26,028 nucleotides of DNA, taken from positions 1 to 26,028 of the IMG/VR virus record IMGVR_UViG_3300014208_000272. The stretch is one strand, 5' to 3'. The DNA is from a virus. Lineage: Duplodnaviria; Caudoviricetes. Numbering within the stretch: the first letter of the stretch is position 1; the number at the start of each line of letters is the position of its first letter. Positions 1-8,724 of the stretch are shown piece by piece. Made by a program: the position numbers and the translations under genes. The notes beneath the pieces are model-generated. The model ran no database searches and was not told where the DNA came from. It was given only the letters and a program-made list of their open reading frames with translations.

Positions 1-2653
1 ATAAATTCTCAAAATATACTCCCCAGTAATTGTTTTGAAAAATATTATTAGTGACAGTTATATTTTCGATACGATGATCAGCATAATTGCCCGTAGTAAC
101 GATACCAGCCCCATTTGTATTACCGATAAATTGATTCCCATCGATTATTACATTTATTACCCATTGTTGAGCGTAAATGGGCTCTATATCTATCCCTGCT
201 GCGGGATATACGCCGCCTGTATTAGAAAATACATTTCCACGTATCTGCATACCATCTGCTTCAGCAAGTGACATCCCTTGTCGTCTGTTTGCGTCTAAAA
301 TATTGTTGTAGATATTAATGTTAGTATTTACACCCGATCCATCAGCACCAACACAAATACCATCACCCCAATACTCTATTGCTGTTATACCATCCACATA
401 TATGTTACTTGAACCACCTCTGATAAATACGCCAAAACCATAAGATTCATCTACTCCCCATCCATAATCCAAAGTTGTTGGAATATGCTGATGCCTTTCC
501 CCTTGTAATTTCCCAGGTCCAACAATATTTACATTAGTTTTTCCTAATACAAATAGCGTATAGTAATTAATTCTGTCAGTTGGTGCTTGTTTGATGATTG
601 CTCCAGATTCCATCTTAAACGTCATATTTGAGCCTAGATTAATGGCTCCGAACGGATAACTTGTACTAGCTCTGGTTAAATAAGTACCTGAAGGAACTAA
701 AACTGTTCCCCCTGTTCCGGCAACCTGATTGATTGCAGCCTGAATAGCCGCCGTATCATCAGTAACTCCATTTCCCGTAGCCCCAGTATTCCTTACATTG
801 ACTGTAAACGCCGAAGTGGGAGGAGGCGCGTGATAAGTGCCGGGTGTTGTTCCACCTCCGCCCGAAGTCAGCGTTGTAAAAGTCTGATCTTGTGAAATAG
901 TTTCAACATTTGCCGCATTTTTAGAATGCGCGCGCCAGTGATAAAGTGTATTTTCTGTTAATCCTGTTTTTACCTGTGCGTGTGCTGAATAGGTAGTGTC
1001 GTTTTGCCCTGGTGAGTTGGTTGTGCCGTAGGCTGTAGTCGTTCCTATATCATAATAACCAGTGCAGGGAACATTACACGTCCAGTTTAGCGTGGCCCCG
1101 GTCGTTGATAAGGCCGACGCTGAAAAAGCGCTTAAAACCGGCCCAGTGGGGCTTACTGCAACTGTAGTAAATGTCTGATCTGCTGATACACTCTCAACAC
1201 CCGTTGAATTGCTTGATCTTACCCGGTAATGATAAACAGTCCCCGCCGTTAGTCCCGACAAGGTTTGCAAATGCGAGGTATAGTTAAAGCTTGGCTCAAG
1301 CGTGGTGTTTGATCCATATGACGTAGTAAGTCCATAATTGACCTGCCCTGTGCAGGGAACCGCAGTGCAATTCCAGGCAATATCAGCGCCTGTTTGTGTG
1401 ATATTTGTCGCACTGATACCGGTAAGCGTCGGCCCAGGATTAGGCTGTTGCGCATCCGGCGTAACCGGAATATAAAACGTATCAAGCGCCGATCCAACAT
1501 CGCAAGTTGCGTCCGTTGTACCGCCACCCGTTGGCCCACATATGAAAGTACCTGTGATGCCTGTATCAACAAAATTAACCCGCAATGCACCCAAGTGCAT
1601 CCGCCGGAATGCTGACCATGCGGGTTGTGTTGCGGTAAGCCAAAGTCCTACACCATCCTGATACATTGATTGTCCGGCCGTACCCACAACTACATGCGTT
1701 ACGCCATGCTGTGCGCTTGAGCGTTCATAGCCGCCAGAATTTGCCGATAGTGCTAACTGATATTTGCTGTAAGTGTCACCAAGTGCGTCAAGCGCCTCGC
1801 GCAGTTTGGTTGATGATAGAAAATGCCCGGAGGAATAGGCTGATCTGTGGCCCATCGTAACAATATGTTTGATGTTGGCATCGGCCTGAGCTGCTGACAT
1901 AATCACTGAGGCATTGATGATCCAGTCTATCAGAGAGCCGTTCCACATAATATCCGGCATGGCTATAAAGCGCGTGTTACCGTAATCAAACCAGTACCAG
2001 TCTTTGCCGCCTGCCAGCGGTGTTCCGGTTGATGTTTTAGAATTAGGAAGATCAAAGCGTCCTTTGTAGTTTTTGAAATCCTCGAAAGTGTTTGTCGTCC
2101 AGTCCAGATCGCCCCATACCGGCATGAATGCGGATTTTGTTGACCAGACTTGCAGAGCGCTAAAAAAAGAATCAGTTGTCAGTTTACCGGCTGTGCTGCG
2201 TTGCGCGTAATCGCCAAGCCCAATCACAAAAGCCGGATCAAACCCGGCTATCAAGTTTTGCACGGCAGGCATGGCAGGCGCTATTAAATTGTTGCCAAAA
2301 TTGCCTAGCGCATATATGGTAAAATCCGCCGTGCCGTTGACGGGTGGTGTTTTAAATGAGTATTGCGCCGATGTACCAATCTTGTAGAAATAAGTTGTGT
2401 TGGCTGTTAGCCCTGTTAACGCCGCTTGTTTCCAAGGCCCGCTTGATGATGTTGGAACCATTGCCGGTGTTGTAGCCGTCGCGCTACTTCCGAGTGAGCC
2501 GCTTGTTGTACCGTAATTGAGTGATGTTTCAGATCCTCGCCAGTTAAAAGTTACCGATGTTGGCGATTTTAACGTAAAATGAATTTCATCAGCTGCCCAT
2601 GCTTCGGATCCGCTCAGCACAAGTAGTAACAGTAACAACCAAAGCTTTTTCAT
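1..2653 (-). CDS. Secreted multidomain protein (>884 aa, runs off the left edge): signal peptide, purple acid phosphatase-like N-terminal and metallophosphoesterase domains (degenerate), two FN3 repeats, pectate-lyase-like right-handed beta-helix
   Basis: Hand translation from ATG 2653 is open to position 2. It begins MKKLWLLLLLLVLSGSEAWA-ADEIHF. PAP-like segments: LTGLTANTTYFYKIG, FVIGLGDYA, FMPVWGDLD, WYWFDYGNTRFI, IVTMGHRSAYSSG. FN3 repeats lie at about 1163-1435 and 872-1144. VNVRNTGATGNGVTDDTAAIQAAIN...GGTVLVPSGTY starts at 802 and is followed by WGDGI, NRRQGMS and GIDIEP. ATGA overlap with the upstream gene. Confidence 0.9.
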   Translation of the reverse strand, partial: MKKLWLLLLLLVLSGSEAWAADEIHFTLKSPTSVTFNWRGSETSLNYGTTSGSLGSSATATTPAMVPTSSSGPWKQAALTGLTANTTYFYKIGTSAQYSFKTPPVNGTADFTIYALGNFGNNLIAPAMPAVQNLIAGFDPAFVIGLGDYAQRSTAGKLTTDSFFSALQVWSTKSAFMPVWGDLDWTTNTFEDFKNYKGRFDLPNSKTSTGTPLAGGKDWYWFDYGNTRFIAMPDIMWNGSLIDWIINASVIMSAAQADANIKHIVTMGHRSAYSSGHFLSSTKLREALDALGDTYSKYQLALSANSGGYERSSAQHGVTHVVVGTAGQSMYQDGVGLWLTATQPAWSAFRRMHLGALRVNFVDTGITGTFICGPTGGGTTDATCDVGSALDTFYIPVTPDAQQPNPGPTLTGISATNITQTGADIAWNCTAVPCTGQVNYGLTTSYGSNTTLEPSFNYTSHLQTLSGLTAGTVYHYRVRSSNSTGVESVSADQTFTTVAVSPTGPVLSAFSASALSTTGATLNWTCNVPCTGYYDIGTTTAYGTTNSPGQNDTTYSAHAQVKTGLTENTLYHWRAHSKNAANVETISQDQTFTTLTSGGGGTTPGTYHAPPPTSAFTVNVRNTGATGNGVTDDTAAIQAAINQVAGTGGTVLVPSGTYLTRASTSYPFGAINLGSNMTFKMESGAIIKQAPTDRINYYTLFVLGKTNVNIVGPGKLQGERHQHIPTTLDYGWGVDESYGFGVFIRGGSSNIYVDGITAIEYWGDGICVGADGSGVNTNINIYNNILDANRRQGMSLAEADGMQIRGNVFSNTGGVYPAAGIDIEPIYAQQWVINVIIDGNQFIGNTNGAGIVTTGNYADHRIENITVTNNIFQNNYWGVYFENL
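872..1435 (-). repeat. Two tandem ~91-aa FN3-like repeats (protein-level duplication)
   Basis: GPTLTGISATNITQTGADIAWNCTAVPCTG...GLTAGTVYHYRVRSSN...SADQTFTT versus GPVLSAFSASALSTTGATLNWTCNVPCTG...GLTENTLYHWRAHSKN...SQDQTFTT. Each carries a closely spaced Cys pair. Confidence 0.85.
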
Positions 2654-3126
2654 AATGTAACCGTGTCCGTTCCAAAATAATGACATAAATTAATCACGTC
2701 GGTCAGTGTTGGCGCTCTCATGACGGGTCTATTATTAGCATCAAGCTGGCCTGTTGGCACATCATTAATAGCGGGTAGTATCTGCGCCTTACCTGCGAAA
2801 TAGGTCACAACATAGCGCATTTCAATCGTATCTACTCCATTAACTGTTATGGTAACGGGGTTTATTGGATAAGCCGATCTGATACCAATGACTGTCCAGT
2901 TTACTCCTTTGGCAGTAAACAAGGCTTCCAGTTGCGCTTTAGTAAAATGCTTCCTCATTCGTAAATAAAGCACTGCTCTGCCAGCCACTGCATGGGTTCC
3001 TGGCATTGGGAATGGTGCCCATTCAACATTTAAATTCGGATACTTTTCATCCATCGCTGCTTTAACAACATCGATATTTAACCCTGCTGGTACATTCAGG
3101 AAATAGTCTGTAACTGCTGGATTCAT
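2650..3126 (-). CDS. Hypothetical phage protein (158 aa)
   Basis: AAGG ribosome-binding site upstream. Its stop overlaps the next ATG (ATGA). No recognisable motif. Confidence 0.75.
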   Translation of the reverse strand: MNPAVTDYFLNVPAGLNIDVVKAAMDEKYPNLNVEWAPFPMPGTHAVAGRAVLYLRMRKHFTKAQLEALFTAKGVNWTVIGIRSAYPINPVTITVNGVDTIEMRYVVTYFAGKAQILPAINDVPTGQLDANNRPVMRAPTLTDVINLCHYFGTDTVTL

Positions 3127-3138
3127 CTCATTGCACCT

Positions 3139-3303
3139 TTATTCCAATGCACATTTTATTTCAGTTTTTAAATATAAATACAAGCCAGAGCGATCATCAA
3201 TCCCTGTAATCGCACTTACATTGTTATCTGAATCTACTGTGTAGACATCAATATATTCATCATCACATTGTTCCAATAGTTTTATTAATTCTTTTATGTT
3301 CAT
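3139..3303 (-). CDS. Small acidic hypothetical protein (54 aa), not in the ORF track
   Basis: MNIKELIKLLEQCDDEYIDVYTVDSDNNVSAITGIDDRSGLYLYLKTEIKCALE. ATGA-coupled to the upstream gene and fills the gap. The MxIKELIxxL start is typical of small phage proteins. Confidence 0.7.
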   Translation of the reverse strand: MNIKELIKLLEQCDDEYIDVYTVDSDNNVSAITGIDDRSGLYLYLKTEIKCALE

Positions 3304-4379
3304 CTCGTCATCTCGATAAGTTTTGAATCTTTCAGTGCTTTAGTGTATATTTTGATGTTGCGGATGGTGCCATATCCTCTTGAACCACCACCTGGTCTCG
3401 AAGCAATAGAAAGGAGTGGACTTAAACTCTGTTGCGTAGGCAAATGAACTACTGTATCGCCAGTTCCTATTAAACCATTAAAAAAAGCATTGGCATAATC
3501 TGACCGATAAACAATAGCATATTTACTTAATACCGCAATAGTGGCAAGTCCTATGTTTACATCTGCCTGTACTCCAGAACCATCACGGATAATAACTTCA
3601 GCACCGCCGGACGTAAGAGAATACATTTCCAAGCAATTTAAAACAGAACCATTAAAAATATTAATTAAAGCATGATATGCACCAGTTACAGATATTGGAA
3701 TATATTCTGTATAAAAACTACCAGCATTAGCGTTCACATTCCCATCTGTTAGATACGTCAACACATCAGCACTCCTAGTCACCGCCGCTGTAGTAGTCGG
3801 AATATAAGATGATGCGAAAGCGCCTGCTTCGATTTGTCCATTTGTATTTGTCCCGGCAAAGGTTAGCGTTAAAGTTCCTGCTGTTGGCGTAAAAGTTAAT
3901 TGCACTCTATCGTTTACGCCTGTTCCTGTCAGTGTTCCCGAACCTGTACCAGATAAAGTGCAGGTTCCCGTTCCCCACATACTAATTGTGTGTGCTACTG
4001 CGGTAACGGTTACGTTTTGGGTTGCCGGGACTGCGCTTTGTAGTAATAAATTCGTCCTCGACCCCTCAGACAGATAACCATGTAATGTTGCATCGGGTAT
4101 GGGTGCGCCATCGGCATAAAAAGAGCTCCAAGTATTATTAGATGCTATAAATCGCGCACCTTCAAATCTCGGTATTCCTGCTGGAATAATTAGTAGTGAT
4201 TGCGCAGCGCCGCTATTGTCAGCCTCTGCATAGCCCATTACCGTAGCAGAACTTGACCGGGTAAACGTAGGTGTAGGTGAACCTAGTGCTAAATTTGGTA
4301 CAAGTGAAGTTAATAGTGGCAGGTCAAAACTGGGTCTAGGAGTAGACTTAAATAAAACCTGACGTTTAGCGGCTCTCAT
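3300..4379 (-). CDS. Virion fibre protein, head-spike-fibre-like, with a C-terminal LamG/ConA-like domain (359 aa)
   Basis: Motifs FTRSSSAT, PRF, GYLSEGSRTNLL and QIEAGAFASSYIPTTTAAVTRSAD, recalled from phage spike/fibre proteins. C-terminal YGTIRNIKIYTKALKDSKL is a LamG-type ending. Thr/Gly/Ala-rich. Confidence 0.7.
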   Translation of the reverse strand: MRAAKRQVLFKSTPRPSFDLPLLTSLVPNLALGSPTPTFTRSSSATVMGYAEADNSGAAQSLLIIPAGIPRFEGARFIASNNTWSSFYADGAPIPDATLHGYLSEGSRTNLLLQSAVPATQNVTVTAVAHTISMWGTGTCTLSGTGSGTLTGTGVNDRVQLTFTPTAGTLTLTFAGTNTNGQIEAGAFASSYIPTTTAAVTRSADVLTYLTDGNVNANAGSFYTEYIPISVTGAYHALINIFNGSVLNCLEMYSLTSGGAEVIIRDGSGVQADVNIGLATIAVLSKYAIVYRSDYANAFFNGLIGTGDTVVHLPTQQSLSPLLSIASRPGGGSRGYGTIRNIKIYTKALKDSKLIEMTR

Positions 4380-4939
4380 AATGCTATAAATCTGGTTTTC
4401 ATGTACTTCACTGCCCCGCTGGTAGGCGTATATCCCGTTGTCGTTTGCAACATGAAATAGACACTGGTCGTTATCAGATGAATATCAATATCAACGCCTC
4501 TGTTTATGCTTGCCAGGAATGGCCCTTTATCAACAGGCGTAGTCAGTGTGAAATCATCAACATATTTTGTTGCATCTGCGGCTTGTAATGCCAGAGCGTC
4601 TTTATCTGCATGGGCTGTTGGGCTGGCATTAAATAGCCACATCTGAAATGATGTAGCCCCTGCGGGTAATGATGCGACTGCAAGTATTAAATTAGCCGTT
4701 AGAAGTCTTACTACTGATCCTGCAACACCCATGTTGGGTATCTCGAATATTGCGCTGCCATTGGTATCGCCAATAACGTCTAAGGCGTCATAAGCGGGTG
4801 TCGTGGTGGCAGGTCTAGTGATGGTATTTGTGTATCCTTTTGATGATGTTCCAGCACTGCCTTGGATGCTGCCATCCGCATTGACAATACCGACCATTTG
4901 TACCAATTCACCACCTATATTTTTCTGCATTTTGCCCAC
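4376..4939 (-). CDS. Putative virion structural protein (start GTG 4939 or ATG 4930)
   Basis: ITRPATTTPAYDALDVIG resembles the recurrent TRPADTTAYAAxDV phage family that often precedes fibre genes. ATGA-coupled to the 359-aa gene. Confidence 0.65.
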   Translation of the reverse strand: MGKMQKNIGGELVQMVGIVNADGSIQGSAGTSSKGYTNTITRPATTTPAYDALDVIGDTNGSAIFEIPNMGVAGSVVRLLTANLILAVASLPAGATSFQMWLFNASPTAHADKDALALQAADATKYVDDFTLTTPVDKGPFLASINRGVDIDIHLITTSVYFMLQTTTGYTPTSGAVKYMKTRFIAL

Positions 4940-4976
4940 ACTAAGGAAAATTAAATTTGCATAAGTATATACCTTG

Positions 4977-4998
4977 CAATTAATTAAACAATGTTTAA
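4977..4998. promoter_or_regulatory. Palindromic operator/activator-site candidate in a divergent promoter region
   Basis: TTAAACA-A-TGTTTAA at 4984-4998 is a perfect 7-bp inverted repeat. Positions 4977-4996 match the reverse complement of 24864-24883 at 18 of 20 positions. Confidence 0.6.
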
Positions 4999-5032
4999 CA
5001 ATGGCAGTATTAATTATTTTTTAGGTGTAATC

Positions 5033-5416
5033 ATGGCTGATTTCTACACAAACCCGAAGTTACTGCAAAACGGCCCCAATTACCTGCCTGCTCACTGCGA
5101 TAAAATGTGCGTGTTGCTAGACTACACATTGGGAGATTCGTGGGCGACAGTTAATGCGTCGATACTTGACCAAGTTGCAATGGTATCTGGAGATTTTAGT
5201 GTTGCTATGGTAGGTAATGACTGCGTTGTCACAACCGGCCTTAAAACTTCATCCGGTGCGATAGCCGCTGAGGTTTCCGCTGCCGTTGCCTTGCTTGATA
5301 CCGTTTTGCAGGATGTTCTTTATGTTGCACCTGAAACCGGCCTTGTCGATATAGTCCTTGGCACTCCAGTCAATTACCCAAGCCTTGAAATTACCTGGCA
5401 CAACGTAACCGCATAA
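5033..5416 (+). CDS. Putative virion structural protein (127 aa, start revised from 4991 to 5033)
   Basis: AGGTG ribosome-binding site before ATG 5033. LLQNGPNYLPAHCDKM...SGDF resembles a recurrent small phage tail-region family. ATG 4991 lies inside the palindromic site. Confidence 0.7.
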   Translation: MADFYTNPKLLQNGPNYLPAHCDKMCVLLDYTLGDSWATVNASILDQVAMVSGDFSVAMVGNDCVVTTGLKTSSGAIAAEVSAAVALLDTVLQDVLYVAPETGLVDIVLGTPVNYPSLEITWHNVTA

Positions 5417-5425
5417 GGAATCATC

Positions 5426-5911
5426 ATGCTAACCACGGCCCAAGCAAGCGCTTTAAACACCTTTATTTCAACTGATAGCGCTTTCACTGCGCTATTAACG
5501 CCAAGCAATGAAAATGCTTTTTCAATAGCTGAAATTCTAAAAACTCAAGCTAGCCCTGACTTTATAGTCTGGCGTTCATCAATCCCGCCATCTGAATATG
5601 TTTTGGCGATAACCTGGACTGAGATTGACGCGCTTGCAGTTGGAAAAGCCAGAATATGGGAATGGATCACAGCACGTCATACTGCCCCCATTAATGCCAG
5701 TCTCGCCAATGTCCGTCAAGGCGTTTCCGATGCCTTTGCCGGTGCGGGTGCAGCTGCAACAAGAAACGCGCTGGTTGCTCTAGCAAAGCGTAAGGCCAAT
5801 GTCCTTGAAAAACTATTGGCGACAGGAACCGGATCAGATGCAAGCCCCGCAACAATGGGCTACGAGGGATTTTTAAGTTATCAAGAAATCAGCAACGTGA
5901 TGGGATGGTAA
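5426..5911 (+). CDS. Conserved phage hypothetical protein (161 aa)
   Basis: Strong TAAGGA site. The MLTxAQ...VWR...KARIWEW...NVRQG...ATGTGS..SPA pattern is recalled from phage genes preceding LamG proteins. Confidence 0.75.
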   Translation: MLTTAQASALNTFISTDSAFTALLTPSNENAFSIAEILKTQASPDFIVWRSSIPPSEYVLAITWTEIDALAVGKARIWEWITARHTAPINASLANVRQGVSDAFAGAGAAATRNALVALAKRKANVLEKLLATGTGSDASPATMGYEGFLSYQEISNVMGW

Positions 5912-5912
5912 A

Positions 5913-6431
5913 ATGAATGTCATAGTTACGCAATACGCGGCCTCAGTTGATCTTACTCTTGCCTCAGAATCATTAGCCACGTCATCAACATTACTTGTTG
6001 GCATTGAATCAAATCAAGTCGATAACACGACGACGCGCTACGATGATGCAATCCTTAACGGCTTCGTAACGGTAGGCACGACGCCGACCACAAACACTAA
6101 AATCGTGCTTTACGCATGGGGATCGCTGGTATCGCTGGCCACTATCGGCAAGGATACCCTGGACGGCACTGCCAGCGCAGAAACATTAACTAATGCGGAA
6201 GTTGCACGCGGCATATTAAAACCGCTTGTCGTGCTCGATGTTGTCGCAACTACAACTGATATTCGCTATAACTATGGCCCATTATCAATCGCCGCTGCGC
6301 TTGGACTGGACAGACTGCCGCCATTTTGGGGCGTATTTATGACGCATAACACCGTAGCCGCTCTCAATGCGACCGCCGGAAATCATAAGTGCAGTTATGT
6401 GGGCATTAAAGACGAAATAGTTACCTCATAA
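5913..6431 (+). CDS. Conserved phage hypothetical protein, probably structural (172 aa)
   Basis: Tightly packed in the operon. SLATSSTLLVGIESNQVDNTT...VTVGTTPT...LPPFWGVF..HNT..AL pattern, beta-rich. Confidence 0.75.
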   Translation: MNVIVTQYAASVDLTLASESLATSSTLLVGIESNQVDNTTTRYDDAILNGFVTVGTTPTTNTKIVLYAWGSLVSLATIGKDTLDGTASAETLTNAEVARGILKPLVVLDVVATTTDIRYNYGPLSIAAALGLDRLPPFWGVFMTHNTVAALNATAGNHKCSYVGIKDEIVTS

Positions 6432-8155
6432 TGAGAAAGCCTAACCCTGTCTACGCGCCCGATGCGTTATGGAATTTTGCATACGATTGGGACTTAATCA
6501 GCGGTAAGTTATCAAATAAAACAACAGGTGGACTAACAAAATCTGATAGTTCGTTTGGCATTGGGCAAGTAGTTTCAGGAACAGATAATCTTAATCGCTA
6601 TGTTTTAAACTGCAATAAAGATGCTAATGTAATCGGAAGTAATAATTTTGCATGTGCGGTTACATTTACATTAAATGAGGTAAACGATTCTTATAGTATC
6701 GTTGGAGAATGGGCTGGGAATACAAATAATACGTTAAATAATTGGTTTGTTGGAGGTTGGATAAATTTTGATCTTGCGTCATTCTTTGTTGCCGTTGGTG
6801 CTACCAGATTTGATGTTGCTGTAAATGTAACATGGATTGCCGGACATACTTATACTTTAATCGCTAATCGTAATGGTACAACAATATCAATTAATTGGTT
6901 TGAGCACGAGTCTAAAACTCATTTATCAGCATCATTAACCGATGCAGGGATAACAACGGTTAATTCAACCGTGCAGAATTTAACACTTGGAGAAATAAAT
7001 TCTAATAGTGCATCAAACGCTAATATATCAGTTTACAACGCCGCTCTTTTCAAACGCGCCTTATCCGATTTTGAAATAAAAACTCTGTTAATAAATCATG
7101 GTAAGCTCTTTAAACCCAGACAAAAAAGCTTATCCGTAAACCCGCAAATACCGGCCATTGGTGGTTTAAACCCAACGCCTGGACACATTTATATTACTCA
7201 ACCGCTGGTTAATGTTAATCAAGCGGTAAGTCTGACGGTTACGCCGGGTCATATCCTGCTTACAATGGCCTCGCCTTGGGTTATTAATCAAAACGCGCCT
7301 CCGGTTGTTATTGCTCAAACTGCCTCAAGCAACTTGAGAATCGTAAATTTTAATGAGATTGATACTTGCACATTAAGCGCTGACTTAAGCGCAGGGAATC
7401 TGGTTGCTGCAAATTTACAGAGTGATGTTAAGTCGCTAGTTTGGCGTTCAACTAACAAAACTGGCGTATTGACGGCAACATGGGCAGACTGGAAAACGAT
7501 CAGCATGGTTGCCTTTCCATTTAGCAACTTTTCAAATTCTGCTACGATAAAAGTCCAATGTTTTCTTAACTCTACCGATCCGTTCCCTGCGCTTGATACA
7601 GGTAATGTACTGGCCGCAAGATTCACTAGCAATTCAGTGTTCGGTTGGGATAAAGCACCACCTGGCGTGGCTAATTTTGGCTATGGCGGCATGGTTTACG
7701 CTGTAGTTTGGTTTGCACCTGCGGCCTGTAAAAAAATGATCGTTACGATCAATGATTCATTGAATACCCAAAGTTACATCGAGGCTGGCCGCATGGTAGC
7801 CGGTGAATATTGGTCTCCGGTTAATAACGCTGACTATGGACTACAGGTAAACTGGAAGGATGCTAGTAAATCAATTCGCAATGATGCCGGGGATCTGATA
7901 ACGGATATTATGCCGCGTGCTAAAATGATTCAGCTTGAATTGGGTATGCTTGATGTTGCCGACCGATCAAAAATCATGAAACAACTTAGACAAAATGGAC
8001 TAAGCCGTCCTGTTTTTGTCTCTGTATTTCCTGAAAATTCTGACGTGGATAAATCCCAGGATTACATGATTTATGGCAAATTATCTCAACTCGATTCCGT
8101 TAAGATGCCTAATTTTGCGTATTATTCAAGCGGTTTGACGATAGAGGAAGTTTAG
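6431..8155 (+). CDS. Fusion of a LamG/ConA-like domain, linker and conserved tail-tip (distal tail-like) domain (574 aa)
   Basis: The N-terminal ~230 aa end in VYNAALFKRALSDFEIKTL (LamG-type). From about 7328, SNLRIV...ANLQSDVKSLVWRST...YIEAGRMVAGEYWSPVNNADYG...FVSVFPENSD...QDYMIYGKLS...LTIEEV matches a normally stand-alone phage tail protein as I recall it. TAATG coupling to the upstream gene. Confidence 0.75.
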   Translation: MRKPNPVYAPDALWNFAYDWDLISGKLSNKTTGGLTKSDSSFGIGQVVSGTDNLNRYVLNCNKDANVIGSNNFACAVTFTLNEVNDSYSIVGEWAGNTNNTLNNWFVGGWINFDLASFFVAVGATRFDVAVNVTWIAGHTYTLIANRNGTTISINWFEHESKTHLSASLTDAGITTVNSTVQNLTLGEINSNSASNANISVYNAALFKRALSDFEIKTLLINHGKLFKPRQKSLSVNPQIPAIGGLNPTPGHIYITQPLVNVNQAVSLTVTPGHILLTMASPWVINQNAPPVVIAQTASSNLRIVNFNEIDTCTLSADLSAGNLVAANLQSDVKSLVWRSTNKTGVLTATWADWKTISMVAFPFSNFSNSATIKVQCFLNSTDPFPALDTGNVLAARFTSNSVFGWDKAPPGVANFGYGGMVYAVVWFAPAACKKMIVTINDSLNTQSYIEAGRMVAGEYWSPVNNADYGLQVNWKDASKSIRNDAGDLITDIMPRAKMIQLELGMLDVADRSKIMKQLRQNGLSRPVFVSVFPENSDVDKSQDYMIYGKLSQLDSVKMPNFAYYSSGLTIEEV

Positions 8156-8724
8156 CACTGCATCTTCACCGAGTAAGCCGTCGCAAGTGCAAAGTTAAAG
8201 ATTGCAAAGCCCATGTTGTTAAGGTGCACACAGTCACCTTCGCGCTTAAGTTCAGGGTGAATCATGAGTCGTGATTGCAAATCGACAATCGTTAAAAACT
8301 TCCGGTTATTTGAATAATCCCTAACAGCTATGCACATTGCCATTGCTCCGTAAAGCGTACCGTTAGCAATCCTTTCTGACAATTCATCATGGCTTGAAAC
8401 ATCAGCCGGGCAAGACAGAATAATATCCATGTGTCGAGCCTTTAAAACATCGACAATTTTAAGCAGAGTTCTTTTAACCTGATCTTGTGTTATTCCGTTA
8501 AAAAAATCAGGTAAACCAATATCAATAATTGCAGTTGCCGGGTATTCAATATCTCCCACTCTGTGAAAATAATCTGTAACTTGCCAGAGCACATACTCAG
8601 CGATATTGGAATCAATCGCAGCGTTAGATACAATCGCCCCGGTATAATCCGCAATCTCTTTAGTCGCATTAGGGTTGTAAGTCCCTGCAAGCCATGAGTC
8701 TCCAAGCAGTGAGATACTAGCCAT
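8152..8724 (-). CDS. SGNH/GDSL hydrolase (putative acetylesterase, 190 aa)
   Basis: Block I LLGDSW, block III-like IIDIGLPD (canonical GxND) and block V GDCVHLNNMG (DxxH). Confidence 0.8.
   Translation of the reverse strand: MASISLLGDSWLAGTYNPNATKEIADYTGAIVSNAAIDSNIAEYVLWQVTDYFHRVGDIEYPATAIIDIGLPDFFNGITQDQVKRTLLKIVDVLKARHMDIILSCPADVSSHDELSERIANGTLYGAMAMCIAVRDYSNNRKFLTIVDLQSRLMIHPELKREGDCVHLNNMGFAIFNFALATAYSVKMQC

Noticed and set aside
35-1860. ORF-track entries 35-271, 1249-1590, 1394-1615 and 1666-1860
   Set aside because: They are shadow or off-frame ORFs within the real >884-aa minus-strand gene, which has coherent domain motifs.
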